DNA from: Squalus acanthias
Lineage: Eukaryota
Direction: 5' to 3'
NCBI GenBank assembly: GCA_030390025.1
Contig: CM059433.1
Coordinates: 14,758,001 to 14,822,000 of the forward strand
Length of the DNA: 64,000 nucleotides
Shown: positions 49,358-62,135 of the stretch, in pieces
Numbering within the stretch: the stretch's first letter is position 1
How the letters are laid out: every line of letters begins with the position of its first letter
The notes under the pieces: generated by a model
The model's database searches: none
Told to the model about the DNA's origin: nothing
What the model saw: only the letters and a program-made list of their open reading frames with translations
Program-made: the position numbers and the translations under genes

Positions 49358-50223
49358 GGGCTGGAGTTTACCAGCCCTGAGGAGACGGGTTTGGAGGCGT
49401 GACAGCTGGGAAAATCAAAAAAAATGGGAGCGGGTCCCGAACCCACTCCCAACCCACCTCCAACCAATCTTCCTGGGAGTCGGGTCCCTGATTTGCGCAG
49501 GGACCCAACTCCTAGCTGTGGGAAGAGGATTATAGCCACTTAACTGCCTGTTAACAGATCGTTAACAGGCAGTTAAGAGGCTTTTTCCCATTTTGAGACT
49601 TCTGCTGCGGGCTTCCCGACATCAGGAACCCCGCCAGGGTAAGTGAGGCGTGCTGTGGGTCTGTTGTAATGTTTGTGTATAAATGACAGGTGCAGAAGTG
49701 GCGTGAAGGATGCAATGGGACACTGGTGAGTATCAGAGGTAAGGAAATGTTGGGAAAGTCATTTTTAATGTGTTTAGATTTTTCTGTAGGTGACAAGCTT
49801 GGATGTGTTTGTGTGGCCTCACCTCATTGGGAGAAGTGACAGATTGCTTCTGTACCCTCACCTGCTGCTGCCATCTGTTTTATTCTAAGGAGAGGGTCAT
49901 TGGAGAGCCTGGGTAAAAGGGCTCACCTTTGTACAGTGATTGGCAGTGTTTGACAGCACTTCAATGCTGTCAAACACTGTCAAATCATCTGTCAAAAATA
50001 GATGGTTCATGTGCCTTTAAGAAAACCGGCAGATGAAGCTTCATCAACTGACATCATCTGACACCAGTTTTCCCTTAATTGGCCAGCAAGCCTGCAGGGC
50101 GGGCTTAACAAGGCCAATCAGGGAAAAATAGCATCTGTGCATCGGACGATGCTGGGGGTGGGACTAGAACCCGGAAGGCAGCAGTCCCGCCCCCAACTCA
50201 TCTCGGTAAGTAAAATTCAGCCC
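49358..50223. mobile_element. Harbinger-type non-autonomous element
   Basis: TIRs GGGCTGGAGTTTAC / GTAAAATTCAGCCC; TTT TSD supported by the uninterrupted CR1 sequence AAATACTTTGTGTC near 22580. Confidence 0.85.
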
Positions 50224-51135
50224 TTTGTGTCAGTCTTCACGGAAGAAGATGCAAAAAACTTCCCCGAAATAGTGGAGAACCAAGAGTCTAGTGAGAATGA
50301 GGAACTGAAATAAATTAGTATTAGTAAAAAAATAGTACTGGAGAAATTAATGGGACTGCAAGCCAACAAATCTCCTGGACCTGATGGCCTACATCATCGG
50401 GTTTTGAAAGAGGTGGCTATAGAGATAGTGGATGCATTGGTTGTCATTTTCCAAAATTCCATAGATTCTAGAATGGTTCCCGCAGATTGGAATATAGCAA
50501 ATGTAACCCCACTATTTAAGAAAGGAGGGAGAGAGAAAACGGAGAACTACAGACCAGTTAGCCTGACATCAGTAGTAGGGAAAATGCTAGAATCTATTAT
50601 TAAGGACGTGGTAACAGGGCACTTAGAAAATGATAATAGGATTGGGCAGAGTCAACATGGATTTATGAAAGGGAAATCATGTTTGACAAATCTGTTAGCG
50701 TTTTTTGAGGTTGTAACTAGCAGAATAGGTAAGGGGGAACCAGTGGATGTGGTGTATTTGGATTTTCAGAAGGCATTCGATAAGGTGCCACACAAGAGGT
50801 TATTAAACAAAATTAGGGCTCATGGGATTGGGGGTAATATACTAGCATGGATTGAGGATTGGTTAACAGACAGAAAACAAGCAGGTCATTTTCGGGTTGG
50901 CAGGCTATAACTAGTGGGGTACCACAAGGATCAGTGCTTGGGCCTCAGCTATTCACAATCTACATCAATGATTTGGATGAGGGGACCAAATGTAATACAT
51001 CCAAGTTTGCTGATGATATAAAGCTGGGTGGGAATGTAAGTTGTGAGGAGGATGCAAAGAGGCTTCAAGGGGATATAGACAGGCTAAGTGAGTGGGCAAG
51101 AACATGGCAAATGGAATATAATGTGGAGAAATGTG

Positions 51136-52436
51136 CAGCCCTGCTGGAGTGGTGATGTGAGTAGCATCACTTTCTCGTCTCTCAGGCTGCAGCTGCTCAG
51201 CGTGATTCCTTCGCTCTAACGCAGGAAGTCCTGAAACAAAGGGAAACCTCAGATCATCACACAGGAAAATACCACTTCCAGCTCGATAACTGATGTGTGT
51301 TGGGATGTAAGTGGCAGATAGAGAATCATGGGACAGAGGAAAAAGCAGATAATAAAGGGTTAGAAGCAGAGCGGTGACGTGAATCTGACAAATTGGAGAC
51401 TGAATTACTTGAAGTGTCTCCGTCAACACTGCGACTGACAAAGAAGAAAATATGGCAGGAGGGCAGAAGGGAGTAAATAATTGGTGTGATGGGGAGAGCG
51501 TAAATTAAAAGCAGAGAGAGAGATTTTATTGAAGAGAGGTGCCTGCTCCCAATGTATGACTCTCAGGTTCTAATAATTACCATATGAACATTTTGTATAT
51601 TGCAATAACCTTAAACTTCTCCTATCAATATAAGCCTATGTGAAGTCCGCAGGGAATTTGCAGAATAAATATTGCTTGAGTGTTAGTGAAGTCTTGACAA
51701 AGTGTCCCAGAAAGTCTCCCGATGTCTTTCAGAGATCCTCTTCACAGCTCCAGCAGCAAGTGAACATGAAATGGTGAGCAATCCTTTAAGTAGCGCTTGA
51801 AATCCTTATTAACACCTTGTTTACTCCAAAACAGCCGGTTGCTGTTAGGAGAGGGCTAGCAGGCACTTTAAGATGACGTCATCGTCGTGCTCAGCGCCCC
51901 GCTTGCGCCCCGGCCACAAACTTCCCTTGCGCCCGCTGACCTATCGCCGGACGATATGTCCGACAGGATCAGGGGGCGTTTTTGCAGCGGTGGCGGCGCT
52001 ACTTAAAGGGCCGGTGTTGGGCGGCCATTTTTATTTTGGCCGACTGCCAGCACCTGCCCCCTTTCACATTTGTATGCAGGGGTGCCGGCCGCGACCGCTC
52101 AGCCTGGCACTCCTCTTGAGTGCCGGGCTGTTTTCCCGGCACCCCGCTCCCCAGTGGTCCAGCAGGGCCCCGGTGTGCGCTGCGCTAGGCCCCTCCCTTT
52201 AATCAAGGGAGGGAGGCCTGCAATACCACGGCGCTATGTGCCGACACGCGTGGTGCTGCTGCACGTAGAGCTGCGAAAATTCAGTAGTAGTGCCCCAAGC
52301 AGGAGGGGGAGTGCTTTCCAGTAGCGCCCCACCTCCTGCTTGAGGCGCGACTACTGAATTTACGGCGGAGGGGCGCTAACATTAGTGCCCCGGTGACGTT
52401 AGCGCCCCAAAATGGGCGCCACCCAATTTTTCCCCC
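51136..52436. mobile_element. Composite Harbinger derivative
   Basis: 51683-51850 matches 21240-21410; 51870-52436 is M2-like and ends CAATTTTTCCCCC then TAA; left boundary uncertain. Confidence 0.6.
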
Positions 52437-52859
52437 TAATTGTTTTAATAGGGACTAGGGCATCAAAGGTGGTGGTGAGGGTGTGGTTGAGCAGATCGGT
52501 AGCTGCAGAAATGTCATGGTGAATGGAGAGCCAAATGCTGGAAAGTTGGGATTTTATAAGTGCAGTTGTAAGAGAGTTGGGAGAGAGTTTTTTCCAGGGG
52601 CGGACACAGAAGGAAGTAGGGTTGGAGAGGGGGAAGGGGTTGTGGGTGGAGAGCGATACGAGGAAGTGGTCAGAGATAGCCTTATCTGCAACAGGAGCAA
52701 TTATGGATACCTCACCTGCAAAGAATATTGATGCATTAGAGTGGCCTTAGAATCTATAATATATTACATATCTTATGTCTGTGTGTACTTCCTGTCCCTA
52801 AAACCTTCTTCCTGTTGTCAAGTTTTCTCATTATAAATGCTTATGTTCACATTTATAAT

Positions 52860-55800
52860 GGGAACGGTAGCGTAGTGGTTATGTTGCTGGACGAGTAATG
52901 CAGAGGCCTGGACGAATGATCCGGAGAAGTGAGTTCAAATCCCACCACGGCAGCTGGAGAATTTAAATGTGGAATAAAAAGCAAGCATGGTGACCATGAA
53001 ATTATCGGATTGTCGTAAAAACCCATCTGGTTCACTAATGACCTTTAGGGAAGGAAATCTGCCTATATGTGACTCCAGAACCATAGCAATGTGGTTGACT
53101 CTTAACTGCCCTCTAAATGGCCTAGCAAGCCACTCAGTTGTAACAAACCGCTACGAGAAACAATAATAAGAATAAAACCGGGCGGACCACACGGCATCAA
53201 CCTCAGCACCGGCTATGGACATGACAACGGTACACCCAGCCCAGTTGACTCTGCAAAGTCCTCCTCACTAACATCTGGGGACTTGTGCCAAAATTGGGAG
53301 AGCTGTCCCACAGACTTGTCAAGCAACAGCCTGACATAGTCAGACTCGCAGAATCATACCTTTCAGCCAATGTCACAGACTCCTGCATCACCCTGGCAGG
53401 ACAGACCCACTAGTGGTGGCAACACAGTAATATACAGTAGGGAGGGAGTGGCCCTGGGAGTCCTCAACATTGACTCTGGACCCCATGAAGTCTCATGGCA
53501 TCAGGTCAAGCATGGAAACCTCCTGCTGATTACCACCTACCACCCTCCCTCAGCTGATGAATCAGTACTCCTCCATGTTGAACACCACTTGGAAGAAGCA
53601 TTGAGGGTACCAAGGGTACAGAATATAGTCTGGGTGGGAGACTTCAATGTCCATCACCAAGAGTGGCTCGGTAGCACCACTACTGACCGAGCTGACCGAG
53701 TCGTGAAGGACATAACTGCCAGTCTGGGCCTGCGGCAGGTAGTGAAAGAACGAACACGAGGGAAAAACCTACTTGACCTCGTCCACACCAATCTATCTGT
53801 CACAGATGCATCTCTCCATGACAGCATTGGTAGCAGTGACCACCGCACAGTCATTGTGGAGAGGAAGTCCCGTCTTCACACTGAGGACACACGTCCATCA
53901 TGTTGTGTGGCACTACCACCGTGCTAAATGGGATAGATTCAGAACAGATCTAGCAGCTCAAAGCTGGGCATCCATGAGGCACTGTGGGCCATCAGCAGCA
54001 GCAAAATTGTATTCCACCACAATCTGTAACCTCATGGCCAGGCATATCTCTCACTCTAACATTACCGTCAAGCCAGGGGACGTACCCTGGTTCAATGAGG
54101 AGTGCAGAAGAGCATGCCGGGAGCAGCACCAGGTGTACCTAAAAATGAGGTGCCAACCTGGGGAAACTGCGACACAGGACTATATGCATGCTAAAGGCAG
54201 AAGCAGCATGCTATAGACAGAGCTAAGCGATCCCACAATCAATGGATCAGATCAACGCTATGCAGTCCTGCCACATCCAGTCGTGAATGGCTGTGGACCA
54301 TTAAACAACTAATGAGAGGAGGAGGCTCCATGAATATCCCCATCCTCAATGCTGGTGGAGCCCAGCACGTGAGTGCAAAAGACAAGGCTGAAGCATTTGC
54401 AACCATCTTCAGCCAGAAGTGCCGAGTGGATGATCCATATTGGCCACCTCCTGAGGTTCCCACCATCACAGAAGCCAGTCTTCAGCTAAGTCGATTCACT
54501 CCACCTGATATCAAGAAACGGTTGAGCGCACTGGATACAGCAAAGGCTGTGGGCCCCGACAACATCCCTGCTGTCATGTTGAAGACTTGTGCTCCAGAAC
54601 TAGCCGTGCCTCGAGCCAAGCTGTTCCAGCACAGCTACAACACTGGCATCTATCCGACAATGTGGAAAACTGCCCAGGTATGTCCTTTCCACAAAAAACA
54701 GGACAAACCCAATCCAGCCAATTACCACCCCATCAGTCTACTCTCAATCATCAGCAAAGTGATGGAAGGTGTCATCGACAGTGCTATCAAGCGACACTCA
54801 CTCACCAATAACCGATGTTCAGTTTGGGTTTCACCAGGACCACTCGGCTCCAGACCTCATTACAGCCTTAGTCCAAACATGGACAAAAGAGCTGAATTCC
54901 GGAGGTGAGGTGAGAGTGACTGCCCTTGACATCAAGGCAGCATTTGACCGAGTGTGGCATCAAGGAGCCCGAGTAAAACTGAAGTCAATGGGAATCGAGG
55001 GGGAAAACTCTCCACTGGCTGGAGTCATACCTAGCGCAAAGGAAGATGGCTGTGGTTGTTGGAGGCCAATCATCTCAGCCCCAGGACATTGCTGCAGGAG
55101 TTCCTCAGGGCAGTGTCCTAGTCCCAACCATCTTCAGCTGCTTCATCAATGACCTTCCCTCTAACATAAGATCAGAAGTGGGGATATTTGCTAATGATTG
55201 CACAGTGTTCAGTTCCAATCGCAACTCCTCAGAAAATGAAGCAGTCCATGCCCGCATGCAGCAAGACCTGGACGACATTCAGGCTTGGGCTGATAAGTGG
55301 CAAGTAACATTCATGCCACACAAGTGACAAGCGAGAGTCTAACCACCACCCCTTGACATTCAATGGCATTACCATTGCCGAATCCCCCACCATCAATTTC
55401 CTGGGGAGGGTCACCATTGACCAGAAACTTAACTGGACTAGCCACATGAATACTATGGCAACAAGAGCAGGTCAGAGGCTGGGTATTCTGCAGTGAGTGT
55501 CTCATCTCCTGACTCCCCAGAGCCTTTCCACCATCTACAAGGCACAAGTAAGGAGTGTGATGGAATACTCTCCACTTGCCTGGATGAGTGCAGCTCCAAC
55601 AACACTCAAGAAGCTTGACACCATCCAGGACAAAGCAGCCTGCTTGATTAGCACCCCATTCACCACCTTAAACATTCACCCCCTCTATCACCGGCGCACC
55701 GTGGCTGCAGTGTGTACCATCTACAAGATACACTGCAGCAACTCGCCAAGGCTTCTTTGACAGCACCTCCCAAACCCGTGACCTCTGCCACCTAGAAGGA

Positions 55801-56067
55801 CAAGGGCAGCAGGCGCATGGGAACACCATCACCTGCAAATTCCCCTCCACGTCACACACCATCCCGACTTGGAAATATATCGCCGTTCCTTCATCGTCAC
55901 TCGGTCAAAATCTTGGAACTCCCTCCCTAACAGCACTGTGGGAGTACCTTCACCACACGGACTGCAGCAGTTCAAGGAGGCGGCTCACCACCACCTTCTC
56001 AAGGGTAACTAGGGATGGGCAATAAATGCTGGCCTTGCCAGCGACGCCCATGAATAATAGAAAAAAA
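52860..56067 (+). mobile_element. Full-length family B LINE: tRNA-like head, no ORF1, decayed APE-RT ORF
   Basis: A/B boxes at the 5' end; APE starts near 53252 (KVLLTNIWGL..PDIV..ESYL, VGDFNVHH, GSSDHR); RT ALDIKAAFDRVWH, GVPQGSVL; 3' hairpin GCTGGC-CTT-GCCAGC; A7 tail. Confidence 0.88.
52868..52941 (+). promoter_or_regulatory. Type 2 RNA Pol III internal promoter (A box + B box)
   Basis: TAGCGTAGTGG (52868-52878) fits TRGCNNAGYGG; GTTCAAATC (52933-52941) fits GWTCRANNC. Confidence 0.75.
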
Positions 56068-56711
56068 CTGCCGATGTGAAGCTGTCCCGCTGTAATTACA
56101 TCTTTCCGCCATTGGTACTACCTCGGTTTTGTGTTTCCCAGCTTATCAGCCTATACTTTCGAGAAGCTCCAATGCTCCAATCGATTCTACTTCCCTGCCT
56201 CCCAAATTGCTGCACATTTTCCTTTCTTAAAACAAAAAAGAAAGACTTGCATTTATATAATGCCCTTCACAGCTTCAGGACGTCCCAAAGCATTTTACAG
56301 CCAGTTAAGTTATTTTTGAAGTGTAGTCACTGTTGTAATGTAGGAAGTTAAATGTTATCATATAAAAACAAAATATATGAAATAAGGGTAGAATCTTAAA
56401 ATGGGGACTGCATTATGCCTGCATTCAATAGTCCCCTGCCCTCTAATTAGACTTCATCTGAAGATCACACTTGGTCTTGATGCAATGTCATAGGAGATTG
56501 GCTATTGAGAAGAATAAATCTTGGACTTAAAATCCTAACTTATGAGGACATGCAAATAGAATTGAAGTTGTTTTCATTGGAGAAAAGAAGATTCAGAGGG
56601 GACATAATCCTCTTTTTCAAAATGCTGAAAAGGATGGCTAATATAAATGTTAGCACCTTAATTAACTTAAATCGTGATAAAATAACTAGATTATAAGTAG
56701 AAGTCTTAAAA

Positions 56712-59100
56712 AAAAGAAAGAACTTGCATTTATATGACCTCAGGACATCGCAAGAACATTAAAACCAATGAAGTACTTTTGATTTATAGTCACTGTTGTA
56801 ATTTAGGAATCGCTGGAGCCACACAGCAAAATCCCACTAACAACAATAAGATAAATGACCAGATGATCTGTTTTTGTGGTATTGCTTGAAGGATAAATAT
56901 TGGCTAGGACACTAGGAGAACTCACTTACCCTTCTTTGAATAGTGCCATGGAATATTTTACATTCACCTGAGAGGGCAGATGAGGCCTTGGTTTAATGTC
57001 TTACCCAAAAGACAACGGGAGGAATTCTTCGGTGGATCATTGGGCATGTTCGGTGGTGGGTCGGGTGGGAACATTTTTTTTTTGGCAGCAGATTGGGACC
57101 CCACTGTCAACCCGCCACCACGTGCCTTTCCCATATGTTGGGTCTGTCAGCGCTGAACAGACCCGTCACGCAGCGGCTGGGGAGGCAATTCAGTTCATTA
57201 TGACCCTGTTAAGAGCCCATTAAGAAGTATTTTGAGCTCACCTTTACATTTTACGAGGCCGCCCATGGGATCCACGCGACTCGGGGATCATGTCAGGTAC
57301 GCAGGTCGAGAGTTGTATGACCATGGAATCATTTCATTTCTTGACAGCTACAAATGTACTATAAACTCTCCCATCTCACATCTGTTTACTTTCCAAGCAG
57401 AGAAGCTGTTGCTTACTGCACTTGGAAGACAGGTTGAGCTTTATGCAGATTGCAAGTGTCACAGAGTCATAGAGTCACAGAGTTATACAGCACAGAAAGA
57501 GGCCCTTCGGCCCATCGTGTCCGTGCCGGCCATCAAGCCCTGTCTATCTAATCCCATTTTCCAGCACTTGGTCCATAGCCTTGTATGCTATGGCGTTTCA
57601 AGTGCTCATCTAAATGCTTCTTGAATGTTTGGAGTAAACTCTCTATCCAGTGTCATCTCATTGGAACAACCTCTCTCACCATTGACAGATCGCTTCTGTC
57701 ATCTCAAGTTCATCTGCCATCTCCGCATCATCTATTACATCAGCATCGGTGCCCTTGAAACTATCTCACCTTGGTCCTCAGAAACCCACCACGATCAGCC
57801 CCAACACCAGCAGCACCAGGCACACCAGCAGCACCAACAACAACACCAACCTTCTCTGCAGTCAACTGATGCTGCACAGGACAGAGGGCATCAGCACCTG
57901 ACCACATTGCTGCCCGGGAGGCCAGGGATGGCCTCACCATGGCCAGATTTACTTCACTTGATGCTATGCACCCTGGCTGCCACATGATGCGCCAGGTTGG
58001 CACCACCCCACACCAACACCATAAAGCCTCCCTACAATGTCCAAGCCATTCCTTTCATATTCATCACCATTGCGGGTGGTACCGTTATGTCTCACCATTC
58101 ACTGGAACTCACTAAGCCTCTTCCAAAGGTTCACATTAATCTGTCCAAGAACGCAAAGTGCTAAAAATAAAGATTTCAATGTTTGACAGCACATTAACAG
58201 AAACTTTACATGAACATTGGATAAGACACCCAAATGTACACCCTTGTGTGTTGTTAGGTGGTATGATTGGACAAGGATTAGGGTGAGTGTGAGGGGTGGC
58301 TAGTGAGATTGGGAAGTGATAATGTAGATAGAGAGGGATGGGTGGAGGTGCAAGGTAGGTTGGTGTGCATAAGGATGTGCAGGAGTAGGGTAGGGAAGGC
58401 AGAGTGATGGGGATGTGATGAGTGGCACAGCAGGATCAGGATGAGTGTGGCTTTGCAGTAACATTTTGTGATCTACTGAGATCATTGAAAGGTTTGCGCC
58501 ACTGCAGCCTGGTCCTCCTGACGACATCTCTGCTTGTGCCCTCCTCTGCAATGTGCAACCAGGCTGTGTTGGTCTCCTCGGGAGGTCTCCTCCCCCCATT
58601 GGAAGGGAAGAGGACCTCCCTGCGTGCTGTGACTCCCTCCATAAGCATATGGAGGGCGTCATGGGAGAGCCTGGGTGCAGCCGAGTACCTCTGTGCCGTG
58701 CTTGCCAGTGTTTGCAGCACTTCAGTGATGTAGAACACTGACAGTACAACAGTCAAAATTAATTTGCCCATGGTCTCTTTAAGGAAACCGGCTGATGACG
58801 TCATCAAATGATGTCATCAGACCCGCTTCCTTCAATTGGCCGGCAAACGCACTGGGCGGGCTTAACAAGCCTAATCAGGGGAAAATCATTTTGGACAGCG
58901 GGCTGGAGCCAGCAGTGAAGCCGGGACCCGCCACTGACGTCGCCTGCCACGGACCCGCCGAGGTTGGTAAAATCCAGCCCAATAGCTCCCTTGGCACTAC
59001 ACTGAAATGCTGGCCTGGCTTATGTGCTCAAGTCTCTGGAGTGGAGCTTAAATCCACAACTTTCAGGCTCAGAGACAAGACTGCTACTTCTCAGCCAAAT
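56712..59100 (-). mobile_element. Deu-domain SINE split by a Harbinger derivative (56712-57016 and 58981-59100)
   Basis: SINE body and head resume on either side of the insert. Confidence 0.65.
57017..58980. mobile_element. Harbinger deletion derivative with Myb/SANT-like remnant
   Basis: Right TIR GTAAAATCCAGCCC; minus ORF 58436-58807 APRLSHDALHMLMEGVTARREVLF..AWLHIA..RRTRLQWRKPFNDL; CR1 tail nested at 57458-57625. Confidence 0.75.
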
Positions 59101-60034
59101 CTGATATCTCAAGTAAGAGAATGGGTTAGCAAAAAAAAAATCCATTAAGAGTTTAAACGTGAAATGGACTCCCAAGGAACTCCTCGAAAAGGAGATGCAT
59201 AAATAACTGGTTAAGAAGCAGCCACAAGCGTGTAGACTTTACAACTGGGTACTCCTCATGCTGAACTTCTGGAACTCGAGCACATGTCAAGACTTTGGGC
59301 CATGGAAGTCAGTGCAACCAACAACATTTGTAGTCAACTCTGATTAATGGACAGTCTGCACTGAAAATGCTAAATTATAAAATGTAACCCTCAGACTTTA
59401 AAGGATAAAAACAGATATTGATGATCAAATTCTCTAGAACATTAGTCAGCTAATCCCGCAGGGAGCATAAGATCATTAGCGGTGGAATCCAACTGATCGA
59501 GGCTGAATAATATAGACTGTAAAGGTAGATCGATATTCTGGTGCATTTGCTCGAGTGCCTTCGTTTTGCAGAGTTTTATCTTTGTGGAAGTTTTATTTCT
59601 GCTTGTGCGCATCCCTCAGGAGTTTAAATAAATTCAGGCTGGGTGACAGTACACATTATACATGGTCTGTTGGAAAGTGCAGGCCCATTGGGCCAAATTA
59701 CATTTCCTCTTTCCATACTTTCCTAGATTCTGATTTAATATGTAGAAAAAGATTTGCCGCTAGGTTATAGGATTAGCCATCATCTTAGTCGTCAGAATTG
59801 AACACTATAATCACACTGCTTTCTTAGCATTCGTCTCAGACCAAAAACATCCTGTAGAATATTTTAGGATTTGTTCTGTTCAATTTGGTATTGAGTATCT
59901 GCTAATTATTTTCATTCAGTTATTAAACTCAAAGGATTGCAATTGAGTGCAGCATTTCCATGCTTATTTCTAAGAACCTGTTCGCCTTACTCACAAGTTA
60001 AGATAGTACCTTCAACAACTGTAACAAAATTTGA

Positions 60035-62032
60035 ACATAAACATAGAAACATAGAAACATAGAAGATAGGAGCAGGAGTAGGCCATTCAGCCCCTCGAGC
60101 CTGCTCCGCCATTCAATGAGATCATGGCTGATCATCCAAATTCAGTACCCTGTCCCTGCTTTCTCTCCATATCCCTTGATCCTTTTAGCTTTAAGAAATA
60201 TATCTAACTCCTTCTTGAATATATTTAATGAATTGGCCTCTACTACCTTCTGTGGTAGAGAATTCGACAGGTTCACCACTCTCTGGGTGAAGAAATTCCT
60301 CCTCATCTCAGTCCTAAATGGCTTACCCCTTATCCTTAGACTGTGACCCCTGGTTCTGGACTCCCCCGCCATCGGGAACATCCTTCTGCATCTAGTCTGT
60401 CTAGTCCTGTTAGAATTTTATAAGTTTCAATGAGATTCCCTCTCATTCTTCTAAACTCCAGCGAGTATAAGCCCAATCGACCCAATCTCTCCTCATACGT
60501 CATTCCTGCCATCCCAGGTATCAGTCTGGTAAATCTTCGCTGCACTCCCTCCATGGCAAGAACATCCTTCCTCAGATAAGGCGACCAAAACTGCACACAA
60601 TACTCAAGATGTGGTCTCACCAAGGCCCTGTACAACTGCAGCAAGACATCCTTGTTCCTGTACTCGAACCCTTTCACTACGAAGGCCAACATACCATTTG
60701 CCTTCTTAACCGCCTGCTGCACCTGCATGCTTACCTTCAGTGACTGGTGCTCAAGGACACCCAGGTCTCGTTGCACTTCCCCTTCTCCCAATCTATTGCC
60801 ATTCAGATAATAATCTGCCTTCCTGTTTTTGACACCAAAGTGGATAACCTCGCATTTATCCACATTATATTGCATCTGCCATGCTTCTGCCCAATCACCC
60901 AACCTGTTCAAATCATACTGGAGTTTCTCGGCATCCTCCTCACAGCACACACTCCCACCCAGCATTGTGTCATCTGCAAACTTGAAGATATTACATCCAA
61001 TTCCCTCGTCTAGATCATTAATATATATTGTGAATAGCTGGGGTCCTAGGACCGATCCACTAGTCACTGCCTGCCACTCGGAAAAAAAACCATTTATTCC
61101 AACTCTTTGCTTTCTGTCTGCCAACCAGTTCTCTATCCAAGTCAATACCTTGCCCCCAATCCCATGTGCCTTAACTTTACATGCTAATCTCTTATGCGGA
61201 ACCTTATCGAAAGCCTTCTGAAAGTCCAAATACACCACATCCACTGGTTCTCCCTTATCTATTTTACCAGTTACATCCTCAAAAAATTCCAGTAGATTAG
61301 TCAAGCACGATTTACCTTTTGTAAATCCATGTTGACTTTGTCCGATCCTGTCACTGTTTTCCAAGTGCTCTGCTATTACATCTTTTATAATGGACTCTAG
61401 CATTTTCCCCACAACCGATGTCAGGCTTACCAGTCTATAATTCCCCGTTTTCTCTCTACCACCTTTTTTGAATAGTCGGGTTACATTAGCTACCCTCCAA
61501 TCCATGGGTACTGTTCCACAGTCTATAGAATTTTGGAAGATGACCAGCAATGCATCTACTATTTCTAGGGCCACTTCCTTAAGTACCCTAGGATGTAGAT
61601 TATCAGGCCCTGGGGATTTATCGGCCTTCAATCCCATCAATTTCCCTAACACTATTTCCCGACAAATACTGATTTCTTTCAGTTCCTCCCTCTCATTAGA
61701 CCCTATGTTCCCCGACATCTCTGGGAGGTTATTTGTGTCCTCCTTTGTGAAGACAAAACCAAAGTATGTATTTAATTGGTCTGCCATTTCTTTGTTCCCT
61801 ATTATAAATTCCCCTGATTCTGACTGCAAGGGACCTACGCTTGACTTCACTAATCTTTTTCTCTTCACATATCTATAAAAGCTTTTACAGTCAGTTTTTA
61901 TGTTCCCTGCAAGCTTACTCTCATACTCTATTTTCCCCCTCTTAATTAATCCCTTTGTCCTTCTTTGCTGAATCCTAAACTGCTCCCAATCCTCAGGTTT
62001 GCTGCTTTTTCTGGCCAATTTATATGTCCTCT
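60035..62032 (-). mobile_element. CR1 LINE 3' 2 kb with a 560-aa open RT fragment
   Basis: ORF 60336-62018 with YLDFQKAFDKV and FADD; small deletion removes GVPQ; (TTCTATGT)n tail. Confidence 0.92.
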
Positions 62033-62135
62033 CAGGAATTCTGTGAGATCTTTATCCTGATACATGGAATGAAGATGATAAATGGCAAGAATGAGAGCAA
62101 AGCAAATCTTAGATTATCACTTGCACCTAAATGAT

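Larger units (their letters stand above)
48197..51135 (+). mobile_element. CR1 ORF2 fragment split by a SINE and a Harbinger derivative
   Basis: LDLVLCNE..GKSDHD; ORFs 50350-50910 and 50859-51155 (FADD). Confidence 0.88.
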
